Source of the DNA: Phycisphaeraceae bacterium
Lineage (GTDB): Bacteria > Planctomycetota > Phycisphaerae > Phycisphaerales > Phycisphaeraceae
Direction: 5' to 3'
NCBI GenBank assembly: GCA_028284155.1
Contig: JANQSF010000079.1
Coordinates: forward strand, 55,684-119,683
DNA: 64,000 bases
Numbering within the stretch: the first letter of the stretch is position 1; each line of letters starts with the position of its first letter. This document shows, piece after piece, positions 37,298 through 46,478 of the stretch. The position numbers were made by a program, and so were the translations under genes. The notes beneath the pieces were generated by a model, which saw only the letters and a list, made by a program, of their open reading frames with translations, was not told where the DNA came from and made no database searches.

Positions 37298-39220
37298 ATG
37301 CCCATCCGTCAACTCTCTGCTCTGCTGGTCAACCAGATCGCCGCCGGCGAGGTGATCGAGCGGCCGGCCAGTGTGGTGAAGGAACTCGTCGAGAACAGCC
37401 TCGACGCAGGTGCGACGCGGATCGACATCCGCGTCGAGGAAGGCGGGACCAAACTCGTCCGTATCAGTGACAACGGGGCGGGTATCGAGGCGGACGAATT
37501 GACGCTGGCCATCGCGCCGCACGCGACGAGCAAGATCAGCGACCCGGGGGACCTCGAATCGATCGGCACACTGGGGTTCCGTGGCGAGGCGTTGGCGTCG
37601 ATCGCCAGTGTGAGTCGGCTGCGCATTACCAGCCGACCGACGCGCGACGGCCAGACGGCTGAAAGCGCCACGATGATCGAGTCGGCCGGCGACGACGTCG
37701 CGCCGCTCGTCCCGTCGGCGGGCAGTCCCGGCACGGTCATCGAGGTACGCGACCTGTTCTTCAACACGCCGGCCCGCCGGCGCTTTCTGCGGACACCCTC
37801 GACAGAGTTCGGCCACATCAACGAGGTCGTGACCCGGCTGGCCATGGCGCACCCGCGCACCGGATTCACACTGACCCACAACGACCGCAAGGTCACCGAC
37901 GTGGCCGCCACAGACGACCATCGCCAACGGTGCGTCGAATTGCTCGGCAAGGAACTCGACGAGGCACTGCTCGACTTTGAATCGGCCCCGGACACGCAGC
38001 TTAACCTGGGTGACTCAGTTGTCGACCCACATCGCTCATCGCACATCGAACATCCCACATCGCCCAGCCTCTGGGGCCTGGCGGGTTTGCCGACCATCGC
38101 GCGCGCCACGACGCGGTTTCAATACGTCTGCCTCAACGGTCGATTCATCCGCGACAAGCGCGTCGCGCACGCGATCAAGGAAGCGTACCGCGGGCTGATC
38201 CCGCACGACCGCAACCCCGTGGTCGTCCTGTTCATCACGATGGACCCGTCAGCCGTCGATGTGAACGTGCACCCGGCCAAGAGCGAGGTGCGCTTCCGCG
38301 ACGCCAACCGCATGCACAGCCTGGTGCTCAACACGCTCCGCCAACGGCTGCTCGGCAGCGACCTGACGCCCTCGGCCACACTAGGGGCGGGCGACAGTCG
38401 GCTTGCCTTTGACCTGCGTCACGGCGATCGCGACGAATCGTCTGCCAACACTGACTCCGATGCGCAGGTCAACAACGACAGCCTCGACGCGTTCGTCGAT
38501 TACTTTAAGCGCATGGCCCCGACGCAGAAGGGCTTCGTCTACGAACAGGTCAAGCGCGAGATGGGCGCGCCTGAGGACGACCCGCTGCTCGATCAGCCGA
38601 CGCCCGACGCGGACACGTCAGCGAACGTCAAGGCGCAGACGATCCTGCAGGTGCACAAGAGCTATGTCGTGACGCAGGACGAAGATGGCATCGTCATTGT
38701 CGATCAACACGCGCTGCACGAGCGCGTCATGTTCGAGCAGCTCAAGCAGCGCGTGCTGGAACGCAACCTCGAGAGCCAACGCCTGCTCATGCCGGCCGTC
38801 GTGGAGGCCGACGCCGGGCGGATCGACGCGCTAGAACGTTGCGATACCCTGCTGCCGCGCATCGGCGTCGAGGCGTCGCCCATCGGCCCAAGCGCGATCG
38901 GCGTGCAGGCGTTTCCGTCGTTCCTGTTTGACCGCAAGGTCGAGCCGGTCGAGTTCCTGGGTGACCTGCTCGACCAGGTCGCGTCGGGCGACCTCGATGT
39001 CGGCACGGCTACGGCTGAAGAGGCGGCGTTGCACGAGGTGTTGGACATGATGGCGTGCAAGGCCGCGGTCAAGGCGGGCGACCAGATGTCCCACGACGAA
39101 TTGGCCGAACTGCTGGCCCGACGCGGAGACGTCGAACGGTCCAGCAACTGCCCGCACGGTCGTCCGACCACGCTCCGCCTGTCGCTGCGTGACCTCGAAA
39201 AGCAATTCGGACGGACCTGA
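37298..39220 (+). CDS. mutL: DNA mismatch repair protein MutL
   Basis: N-terminus LVNQIAAGEVIERPASVVKELVENSLDAG (GHKL ATPase). C-terminal dimerisation region with QHALHERVMFE and CPHGRPT. Confidence 0.95.
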   Translation: MPIRQLSALLVNQIAAGEVIERPASVVKELVENSLDAGATRIDIRVEEGGTKLVRISDNGAGIEADELTLAIAPHATSKISDPGDLESIGTLGFRGEALASIASVSRLRITSRPTRDGQTAESATMIESAGDDVAPLVPSAGSPGTVIEVRDLFFNTPARRRFLRTPSTEFGHINEVVTRLAMAHPRTGFTLTHNDRKVTDVAATDDHRQRCVELLGKELDEALLDFESAPDTQLNLGDSVVDPHRSSHIEHPTSPSLWGLAGLPTIARATTRFQYVCLNGRFIRDKRVAHAIKEAYRGLIPHDRNPVVVLFITMDPSAVDVNVHPAKSEVRFRDANRMHSLVLNTLRQRLLGSDLTPSATLGAGDSRLAFDLRHGDRDESSANTDSDAQVNNDSLDAFVDYFKRMAPTQKGFVYEQVKREMGAPEDDPLLDQPTPDADTSANVKAQTILQVHKSYVVTQDEDGIVIVDQHALHERVMFEQLKQRVLERNLESQRLLMPAVVEADAGRIDALERCDTLLPRIGVEASPIGPSAIGVQAFPSFLFDRKVEPVEFLGDLLDQVASGDLDVGTATAEEAALHEVLDMMACKAAVKAGDQMSHDELAELLARRGDVERSSNCPHGRPTTLRLSLRDLEKQFGRT

Positions 39221-39323
39221 CAACCCAACATCGCCCGGCTTCGAGGGTCAGCCCGCAGTCAAGTCGCCTCTCGCTTCGGCCGATACTCGCCAGAGTACCC
39301 TCCCGGCGCTGGCGACCCCTCCG

Positions 39324-39545
39324 ATGAGCGACTCTATCCGCATTATGTGCCCCAACCTCAAGTGCAGGGCGTTGCTGTCCGTCCCCGGCGCGGCCCGCGG
39401 CAAGTCGGTCAAGTGCCGCGCGTGTGGCACGCGGGTGCGCATCCCCGACCCGGTGGCGGCGCCGGCACGCACGCCCGCGCCCCAGCCCGATGTGGACACG
39501 GCAGATGAAGTCGATCAATCCGAAGACGGCGCGGCCGCCGCGTGA
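39324..39545 (+). CDS. Small zinc-ribbon protein (MJ0042-type finger-like)
   Basis: IRIMCPNLKCRALLSVPGAARGKSVKCRACGTRVRIP: two CxxC pairs with the typical spacing. Pro/acidic tail. Confidence 0.55.
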   Translation: MSDSIRIMCPNLKCRALLSVPGAARGKSVKCRACGTRVRIPDPVAAPARTPAPQPDVDTADEVDQSEDGAAAA

Positions 39546-39585
39546 AAACCGTTCGGCGTTCTGACGTCGGTCAACCAGCATCCCG

Positions 39586-39999
39586 TCAACACCAGAAACG
39601 CCACCAGGGGCGCTTGCCATCTTTCCGAACGGGTGAACGATGGGTGGGCAACGCATGCGGGTATGACTCGCCCTCATCGCCGACGACCTTGGCCTGGAAG
39701 TGGGCAGCGATGTCCAGCATCTTCGCGATGATTTCGTCATCGGGATTCTTGACCGAAATACAGCCTTCGAAGTGCTCGAACCACGCGTGGTTCCCGCCCA
39801 CCCCGTCACGTGACCAGGCGGTCCAGACGGCAATACTCTCGTCTTCAGCCCTCAATGTGCCGTCCGGCGTTTCAACCTCGGCGAAGCCGTCTAAGCGCAT
39901 GTCGGGGTCTGCAGATACGTAGTCGAGCCACTGCCGCAGCGTGATCGGGTCGGACTCCACCCAGTCTTCCGCCCGCGTGATGTGCAGCTCATACCCCAC
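39586..39999 (-). CDS. Hypothetical protein (137 aa), no family recognised
   Basis: GTG start preceded by GGGGA. Reasonable coding character (MGYELHITRAEDWVESDPITLRQWLDYV...). Basic W-rich C-terminus. Confidence 0.5.
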   Translation of the reverse strand: MGYELHITRAEDWVESDPITLRQWLDYVSADPDMRLDGFAEVETPDGTLRAEDESIAVWTAWSRDGVGGNHAWFEHFEGCISVKNPDDEIIAKMLDIAAHFQAKVVGDEGESYPHALPTHRSPVRKDGKRPWWRFWC

Positions 40000-40076
40000 G
40001 GCCGTCCCCGATCGCCGATCCGCATCGGCTTGACATTGCTTGGGTTGTCAATCGACTCGATGTGAGGCCGCGTCGG

Positions 40077-40784
40077 TCAGCCCTTTGATTCATCGTCTTC
40101 CGGTCCCACCTCGTCCGCCAACGCCTCGAGCGCCGCGAAAGCGTCGTCGTCTTCCTCTTCGTCCATGGCCAGCAGGTTGGCAAAGTCGTCGTCGTCCAAC
40201 TCGTCGGTATCGGTCGCCTCCGTGGGCTTGGCCTTGTCATCCTTGACTGGTTCGATCGACGGGTTCGAAGAGAGCAACTCGACCTCTGGCGAGGGCACGG
40301 CGTCGGCCGCGAGGGCGACCTTCTGCTTGGCCTCGTCCGGTGCGGCCTCGGCTGCCAAGCCCGTGGGCATGTCCATCGATTCGAGGTCGTCCAACTCGTC
40401 GTCGTCGTCGATCATGGCCGGCAGCGTGGCGGAGTCTTCAGAAGACTTGCGTGCCGATCCCGTTCTGGACGGCGCGGGCACGTCGCTCGGCTGGCCGTCG
40501 ATGACAACGGTGAACATGATCGGACCGATCCCCACCTCGTCACCGGCCGACAGGGTCGCCTCTTGAACTCGATCGCCGTTGTGGAATGTGCCGTTGCTGG
40601 AACCGAGGTCCCGCAGCAGGACGGTGTCATTTTCCAGCAGAAACTCGCACTGGCGTCGCGATACGGCCGACAGGGGCACGCGCAGGTCGCAGTCGTTCGT
40701 TCGGCCGACCACGGTACGCGGCTGGGTCAGCGGGAATTCCCGCCGCTCGCCGTCGTCCATGAACATGACTAGGAGAACATCCAT
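40077..40784 (-). CDS. FHA domain protein with long acidic C-terminal tail
   Basis: VVGRTNDCDLRVPLSAVSRRQCEFLLENDTVLLRDLGSSNGTFHNG is a canonical FHA core. The ATG at 40784 was verified (MDVLLVMFMDDGE). Confidence 0.85.
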   Translation of the reverse strand: MDVLLVMFMDDGERREFPLTQPRTVVGRTNDCDLRVPLSAVSRRQCEFLLENDTVLLRDLGSSNGTFHNGDRVQEATLSAGDEVGIGPIMFTVVIDGQPSDVPAPSRTGSARKSSEDSATLPAMIDDDDELDDLESMDMPTGLAAEAAPDEAKQKVALAADAVPSPEVELLSSNPSIEPVKDDKAKPTEATDTDELDDDDFANLLAMDEEEDDDAFAALEALADEVGPEDDESKG

Positions 40785-40991
40785 CTTCGACCTGTTTCGA
40801 CTCCCCGATCGGCCAAACCTCACACCGAGGCGACCGCCGGGCGTGTGGGTCGGGCGATTCGTCCGCCCCCGGCGGCGGCCTGCGTAGCATCGTCGTGGGA
40901 TCAAGACGACAGGCCGCGACGCCGGCCAACCCTCGATCAGCCCGGTTGGCGACCGCCAACCCGAACGCGACCGATCGGCAGTGAGTGTATC

Positions 40992-42212
40992 GTGCCCGCG
41001 ATCGATCTTCAAGCCCCGACGCCCGCCATCGCCGACCGCGCGATCGACGCGCTGTACCTGCACGTCCCCTTCTGTTTCCATAAGTGCCACTATTGCGACT
41101 TTTACAGCCTTGTGGACAGCCCGGCCGAACCGGGCGAGGCCGATCGGCAGGAGCGGTTCACCGATCGGCTGATCGATGAGATCCGCTGGGCGGTCGCCGC
41201 GCACAATCCGCAGCCGACGACGCTGTTCGTGGGCGGCGGGACGCCGACGCTGCTTCGGCGTGCGTTGTGGGATCGGCTGCGGGGGGCGTTTATTGAGTCG
41301 GGATTGACCGACACTTTGTCCGAGTTCACCGTCGAGGCCAATCCGGAAACGGTTACGCTCGACGTCGCCCAGGGGCTGCGTACGGCGGGTGTCGATCGTG
41401 TGAGCCTCGGGGCGCAGTCATTCGACCCGGACTTGCTCAAAGCCCTGGAGCGTTGGCACGACCCGGACAGCGTGGGCAAGGCCGTGGCCCTGCTTCGGCA
41501 GGCAACGATTACGAACATCAACCTCGACCTGATCTTCGCGATCCCCGGGCAAACGCTCGACATGCTCGACGCCGACCTCGACGCGGCGTTGTCCCTGAAA
41601 CCAACGCACCTGAGTTGCTACTCGCTCATCTTCGAGCCGAACACGCCGCTGACACAACGGATGAAGATGGGCCAAGTCGAACCCGTCGACGAGTCGCTCG
41701 AACGCGAGATGTACGAGCACGTCATCAAACGACTCGACGCGGCCGGCTACGAGCACTACGAGGTGAGCAACTGGGCGAAGCGTGTGGACGCCGACGGCGA
41801 GCCAAGCGACGCCGGATTGACCGACTTTCGCTGCCAACACAACCTGGCGTACTGGCTCAACCACAACTGGCTCGGCCTCGGCCCGTCGGCGGCTAGCCAT
41901 ATCAACGGCAAGCGGTGGAAGAACGAACCGCACCTAGGGCGGTATCTCGGCTCGACGGGCCAACCGCCGACGACGGATCAAGAAGAACTCGACGCCGACG
42001 CGCAAGTGGGCGAGCAGTTGATGCTGCGGTTGCGGTTGATCGAGGGTGCGCCAATCGACTGGTTAAACGCCCTGCTGGCGCTCGACTCGCGCCGAACGGC
42101 GATCATGGACGAGTTGATCGACCAGGGGTTACTTGAACGGACAGCGACGCACACGCGCCTGACGCGCGACGGGTTGTTTGTGGCGGATGGTGTGATCGCA
42201 AAATTGTTGTAA
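40992..42212 (+). CDS. hemW: Radical SAM heme chaperone HemW / oxygen-independent coproporphyrinogen III oxidase-like
   Basis: LYLHVPFCFHKCHYCDFYS (CxxxCxxC), GGGTPT, and a HemN_C-like end. A GTG start at 40992 is inferred; the upstream part of the track ORF is R/P-rich. Confidence 0.85.
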   Translation: MPAIDLQAPTPAIADRAIDALYLHVPFCFHKCHYCDFYSLVDSPAEPGEADRQERFTDRLIDEIRWAVAAHNPQPTTLFVGGGTPTLLRRALWDRLRGAFIESGLTDTLSEFTVEANPETVTLDVAQGLRTAGVDRVSLGAQSFDPDLLKALERWHDPDSVGKAVALLRQATITNINLDLIFAIPGQTLDMLDADLDAALSLKPTHLSCYSLIFEPNTPLTQRMKMGQVEPVDESLEREMYEHVIKRLDAAGYEHYEVSNWAKRVDADGEPSDAGLTDFRCQHNLAYWLNHNWLGLGPSAASHINGKRWKNEPHLGRYLGSTGQPPTTDQEELDADAQVGEQLMLRLRLIEGAPIDWLNALLALDSRRTAIMDELIDQGLLERTATHTRLTRDGLFVADGVIAKLL

Positions 42213-42240
42213 CGGGATACGGCAATTGTCGGCCGGCGAG

Positions 42241-42312
42241 GTAGGCCGGGCACATTGCCCAGCAATCAAATCTCATTGTGCGGCCAACCGCCGGGCAATG
42301 TGCCCGGCCTAC
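42241..42312. repeat. 20-bp perfect inverted repeat (REP-like / bidirectional terminator-like) between convergent genes
   Basis: GTAGGCCGGGCACATTGCCC at 42241-42260 and its exact reverse complement GGGCAATGTGCCCGGCCTAC at 42293-42312. 32-nt spacer. Confidence 0.85.
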
Positions 42313-42315
42313 TTG

Positions 42316-42975
42316 CTAAGAGTCCCAACCACCGTTTTCCCGTACTAGTCTCGCTTCCTTTCCATCCCACGACCAAAGATCCGCCGTCTCGCCGCCGGCG
42401 AGACCACCCCAAGCAAGCCCAGAGATAACAAGCCATGGGTCTGTGCTGGCCGGAGTTGTCAAGTCGGTGTCATGCGTCCAAGGCTTTGCCTTTGGGGGGT
42501 CTTCGATGTGCCACCAGTAGTCGATGAACCACCAGAAAGACTCAACGTCGTGCTTATACCGCTTTCTCCATTCCAACAACTCGTCGGGTGTAAGTAACAC
42601 ACACCGCTGATCGTCACCTGGCCACAAAGACTCGGCGACAGACATACCCTCAAGCGGGATCGAGCAGATAAGCACTTTGTTGCCAGAAGAGCCGAGCTGC
42701 TCCGCCTCGGTGATCATTGACTCATAGATGGGCAGCTTGGCCTTGTCGCGGTCACTCAAGTCCTCAGGTTTCAGACAAGGTCGATTCGCACGGGCGCGGG
42801 ATTCAAATGAACGGAGCATCGGTGACCATTTGTGGTAAAGCCGATCTGCTCGTTCAAGTTTCCCAACAAAGCCGCGGGCAAACTCAGCGCCTTCTTGCCT
42901 GACCATCTCGTCGCACAGATCAGGGGCGTAATTCAATCCCCCGAGCCGGTCGGCGATGTCCTGGGGTGTGACCAT
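42316..42975 (-). CDS. Hypothetical protein (219 aa), low-GC orphan downstream of actP
   Basis: ATG start 9 nt after the actP stop. W-rich segment SFWWFIDYWWHIEDPP. Hand counts of three 60-nt blocks give 48-58% G+C, against 63% in an actP block. Confidence 0.6.
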   Translation of the reverse strand: MVTPQDIADRLGGLNYAPDLCDEMVRQEGAEFARGFVGKLERADRLYHKWSPMLRSFESRARANRPCLKPEDLSDRDKAKLPIYESMITEAEQLGSSGNKVLICSIPLEGMSVAESLWPGDDQRCVLLTPDELLEWRKRYKHDVESFWWFIDYWWHIEDPPKAKPWTHDTDLTTPASTDPWLVISGLAWGGLAGGETADLWSWDGKEARLVRENGGWDS

Positions 42976-42984
42976 TCGGCACGC

Positions 42985-44865
42985 TCACGGGTTGTCCGCC
43001 TCCGCATCCGATTCATCAAAGTGCGCTTCCGGCTCGTGCGACCCGCGCGGGATGCGGACCTGTTCGACCAGGTCCTGCACGTCCTGCGGCGGCGGTGCGG
43101 TGAGGTGCGAGATGACCAGTGTGATGACGAAGTTCAGCAGCATGCCGACCGTGCCGATGCCCTGCGGGCCGATGCCGAAGCACCACGCGGTGGCGTACCA
43201 CGGCTTGACGTAGTCGTCCGGCCGGTCGATCTTGAACATCACGTCCCACTGGTTGCACAGGATGTAGACGCCCGTGAACAGCAGGCCGACGACCATGCCG
43301 GTGACGGCGCCCGGTCGGTTGGTGCGCTTGTCGAAAATGCCCAGCAGGATGGCGGGGAAGAACGACGCGGCCGCGAGCCCGAACGCAAACGCAACGACCT
43401 CGCCGACAAAGCCCGGCGGATTGATCCCGAAGTAGCCGGCCACGACAATGGCGATGACGATGCACACTCGGCCGACCATCAGGCGGCGCTTCTCGGGCGC
43501 ATTGCGGTCGAAGAAGTGAATGTACAGGTCGTGCGCCATCGACGAGCTGATCACGAGCAACAGTCCGGCCGCCGTGGAGAGCGCCGCCGCCAGCCCGCCG
43601 GCCGCGACCAGCGCGATGACGGCCGGGTGTAGCCCCGCGACCTCCGGCGTCGCCAGCACGATGATGTCCTTGTCGATCTTGGTGACTTCGCTGGACACAG
43701 CTTCGCCGGCCTCATCCTTGACCGTCATCGTGATCTTGCCGTCTTTGTCAGCGTCGCTGAACGCCAACAGGCCCGTCTGCTGCCATTTGGTCGCCCAGTC
43801 GATGTCCTGGCCTTCCGGATCGCGCAGCTTGTAGATCGTCCGCTTTTCTTCACCCTCTTCGCTTGTTTGCACCGACACGACCTCGGCGCCATGCAACGAC
43901 TTGATCAGGTTGTAGCGTGCGAACACGGCCAGCGCGGGGGCGCTCGTGTAGAGCAAAGCGATGAACAACAAGGCCCAGAAGGCCGACCATCGCGCGGCAC
44001 GCACGCTGGGCACGGTGTAGAACCGGACGATCACGTGCGGCAGGCCGGCCGTGCCAAACATCAGCGCGGCCGTGACGCAGAAGACGTTGAGCTTGTTGCC
44101 CAGGCCCCAGAACGGCTCGGTGTATTCGACGTGACCCAGCGCCGCCATCTCAGTATTCAGGTCGGTGGTGATACGGCTGAACGTAAACGCCAACTGCGGC
44201 ATCGGGTTGCCGGTCAGATGCCAAGCGATGGCCACAGCCGGCACGATGAAGGCCAGGATCAACACGCAATACTGAACGACCTGCGTCCAGGTGATGCCTT
44301 TCATGCCGCCGAGCACGGCGAAGAAGGCGACAATGAACATGCCGATGATCACGCCCGCCGCGAGATCGACTTCGAGGAATCGGCTGAACACGATGCCGAC
44401 GCCTTTCATTTGCCCCGCCACGTACGTCACCGACACAAAGATCGCGCAAACCGCGGCGACAATGCGGGCCGTCTCCGAGTAGTACCGCGCGCCGACGAAG
44501 TCGGGCACGGTGTACTTGCCGAACTTGCGCAGGTACGGCGCGAGCAACAGGGCGAGCAGCACATACCCGCCCGTCCAGCCCATGAGATACACGCTGCCGT
44601 CCGACCCCTTAAACGCGATCAGGCCGGCCATCGACAGGAAAGACGCGGCGCTCATCCAGTCGGCCGCGGTGGCTGCGCCGTTGGCGATCGCGGGCACGCC
44701 CTTGCCGGCCACGTAAAACCCGCTCGTCTCGGCCACGCGGCTGCGCCAGCCGATGTACAGGTACGTCATGAACGTGATCGTGATGAACGCGAACGTCCAA
44801 GGCCGACTGGGGTCGTCAACGCCCGCGTCCGCCGCCTGTGCCAGTGTGATCCAAAGCGTGCTCAT
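42985..44865 (-). CDS. actP: Cation/acetate symporter (sodium:solute symporter family)
   Basis: 626 aa, multi-TM SSF architecture. Its ATG overlaps the TGA of the upstream DUF4212 gene, the conserved small-subunit/ActP arrangement. Confidence 0.85.
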   Translation of the reverse strand: MSTLWITLAQAADAGVDDPSRPWTFAFITITFMTYLYIGWRSRVAETSGFYVAGKGVPAIANGAATAADWMSAASFLSMAGLIAFKGSDGSVYLMGWTGGYVLLALLLAPYLRKFGKYTVPDFVGARYYSETARIVAAVCAIFVSVTYVAGQMKGVGIVFSRFLEVDLAAGVIIGMFIVAFFAVLGGMKGITWTQVVQYCVLILAFIVPAVAIAWHLTGNPMPQLAFTFSRITTDLNTEMAALGHVEYTEPFWGLGNKLNVFCVTAALMFGTAGLPHVIVRFYTVPSVRAARWSAFWALLFIALLYTSAPALAVFARYNLIKSLHGAEVVSVQTSEEGEEKRTIYKLRDPEGQDIDWATKWQQTGLLAFSDADKDGKITMTVKDEAGEAVSSEVTKIDKDIIVLATPEVAGLHPAVIALVAAGGLAAALSTAAGLLLVISSSMAHDLYIHFFDRNAPEKRRLMVGRVCIVIAIVVAGYFGINPPGFVGEVVAFAFGLAAASFFPAILLGIFDKRTNRPGAVTGMVVGLLFTGVYILCNQWDVMFKIDRPDDYVKPWYATAWCFGIGPQGIGTVGMLLNFVITLVISHLTAPPPQDVQDLVEQVRIPRGSHEPEAHFDESDAEADNP

Positions 44866-45176
44866 TCGTTCACCCCGAACTTGCGGTCAGCCTTGTCCAT
44901 CTGCCAGGCGTAAATCAAGATGAGCACGACGAAGACGTAGATCGATCCTTGCTGCGCAAACCAAAAGCCCAGCGGCAGCTTGCCGATCGTAATCTTGTTC
45001 AACTGCTCGATGAACAGGATGCTGCACCCGTACGAAACGACGGCCCAGATGCTCAGCAGCACGGCGATGAGGCGGAGGTTGGCACGCCAATAGTTGCGGT
45101 GTGCTTCGCTCAACGCGGGCGTTGGGGCGGAAGACGACTCGGGCGACGAGGGCGGGGGCTGCGGCGTATCAGACAT
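44862..45176 (-). CDS. DUF4212 solute symporter small subunit
   Basis: RNYWRANLRLIAVLLSIWAVVSYGCSILF...LPLGFWFAQQGSIYVFVVLILIYAWQMD matches the DUF4212 pattern. ATGA overlap with actP. Confidence 0.8.
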   Translation of the reverse strand: MSDTPQPPPSSPESSSAPTPALSEAHRNYWRANLRLIAVLLSIWAVVSYGCSILFIEQLNKITIGKLPLGFWFAQQGSIYVFVVLILIYAWQMDKADRKFGVNE

Positions 45177-45277
45177 GCAAGCATTCCAGGTGGACCGGTT
45201 TCACGTGACGCGTGAGGGGGCATAGCAAAACGGACAAGAGGCGATGTGTCAAACGCGCGGGTTTGATGTGCAGGTCA

Positions 45278-45375
45278 GAGAAATGGCGAATGGAGAGTGA
45301 CAAAGTCGGCACAGGCGTCCAGACACAGGTCTCCGACTTCTCAAATCAACAATCGCGATTCGTCATTCGCCATTC
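45278..45375. repeat. AT-rich imperfect palindromic element, copy C (diverged)
   Basis: GAGAAATGGCGAATGGAGAGTGACAAAGTCGG - loop - CCGACTTCTCAAATCAACAATCGCGATTCGTCATTCGCCATTC. Shares the AAGTCGG/CCGAC core and the CAATCAACAATCG block with copy B. Confidence 0.7.
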
Positions 45376-46478
45376 TTCCGTCTTTGTTCCCACCGCGCCA
45401 TCTCGACCGCCGCCAGCAGCGCCATCGCCCCGCCGCGCCCATCTTTACCGTGCGTCTTGGGTCGTTTCAGGTACGCTTCGAGCGATTTCTGCTTGCCCGT
45501 ACCGACGCAGACACCGTCGATCGAACCGTGATCGCCAATGCGCTGATTGATCGCCCGCCAGGCCTTGCGCACGATCGGCTCGTACTCCTGCGGGCGCAGC
45601 AGGCCAAGCCGCATCCCGCGTGTGATCGCAAACGTGATCATGCACGTGCTCGACATCTCCTGGTAGCTGTCCGGCCGATCGATCACCTGATGCCACATGC
45701 CGTCGGCGTCCTGGTGTTTCACCAACGCCTCGATGTGCGACTTGAACGCCGCGTACACCGGTTTGATCTGCGGCGACGCGGCGTTCATATCGGTGAGGAC
45801 CAAGGCCAAGCCCAACGCCGGGAAGCCATTACCGCGACCCCACGCAGCCTCGTCCAGCGGCGAGTGACGGTACAAGCCGTCATCCCGCGCACAGAGCCTG
45901 CGCATGAACAGCAGGTGACGCACGCACGCCTTGTCGTATTTGGGGTCACCAGTCAACCGACCCGCCCGCGCCAGGATCGGGCAAACCATGAAAACCGAGT
46001 CACTCATCTCGCTGTGACCCGGCACCCCCGGAACTAGCGGCTTGCCATCCTTGTCGAACGCGCGGTCACCGGCGACGCGGACCATTTCTACGTAACGCCG
46101 TGCATCCACCGGCTTGGTCACCATCGCCAACTCGCCGAACACGAGATGACCCGCGAGGTTCACGCCGCGCGTGTTCTTACTTAGCGCTTCCTTCTGGCCT
46201 TCGTAGTACGGCTTGACGATGCGCACCACATCGTTCAGATGTGTCTTGTCGTCCGTCAAGTCGCTCAGCCAGACGCGCCCGACCAACGCCAGCGACGGGA
46301 TGTATGCGACGCTGCGCAAGTCGTGACCGTAATGCTTGCTCAACGACTTGGCGACTTCGAGCGGTGAACGCTTGAGCCGTGTGGCGCGCTCGGCGGCATC
46401 GGCCGCGCACACGCGTTCGACGCAAAGAACGTTCAACAATAACGCGACGCAAAGTAGTCTGTTCAACCGTATTGCCAT
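45363..46478 (-). CDS. Glycoside hydrolase family 88/105 (unsaturated glucuronyl/rhamnogalacturonyl hydrolase-like)
   Basis: Signal peptide. WGRGNGF, DGMWHQVIDRPDSYQEMSSTCMITFAITRGMRLGLL and GVCVGTG match the YteR/UGL-like pattern from memory. Confidence 0.7.
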   Translation of the reverse strand: MAIRLNRLLCVALLLNVLCVERVCAADAAERATRLKRSPLEVAKSLSKHYGHDLRSVAYIPSLALVGRVWLSDLTDDKTHLNDVVRIVKPYYEGQKEALSKNTRGVNLAGHLVFGELAMVTKPVDARRYVEMVRVAGDRAFDKDGKPLVPGVPGHSEMSDSVFMVCPILARAGRLTGDPKYDKACVRHLLFMRRLCARDDGLYRHSPLDEAAWGRGNGFPALGLALVLTDMNAASPQIKPVYAAFKSHIEALVKHQDADGMWHQVIDRPDSYQEMSSTCMITFAITRGMRLGLLRPQEYEPIVRKAWRAINQRIGDHGSIDGVCVGTGKQKSLEAYLKRPKTHGKDGRGGAMALLAAVEMARWEQRRKNGE

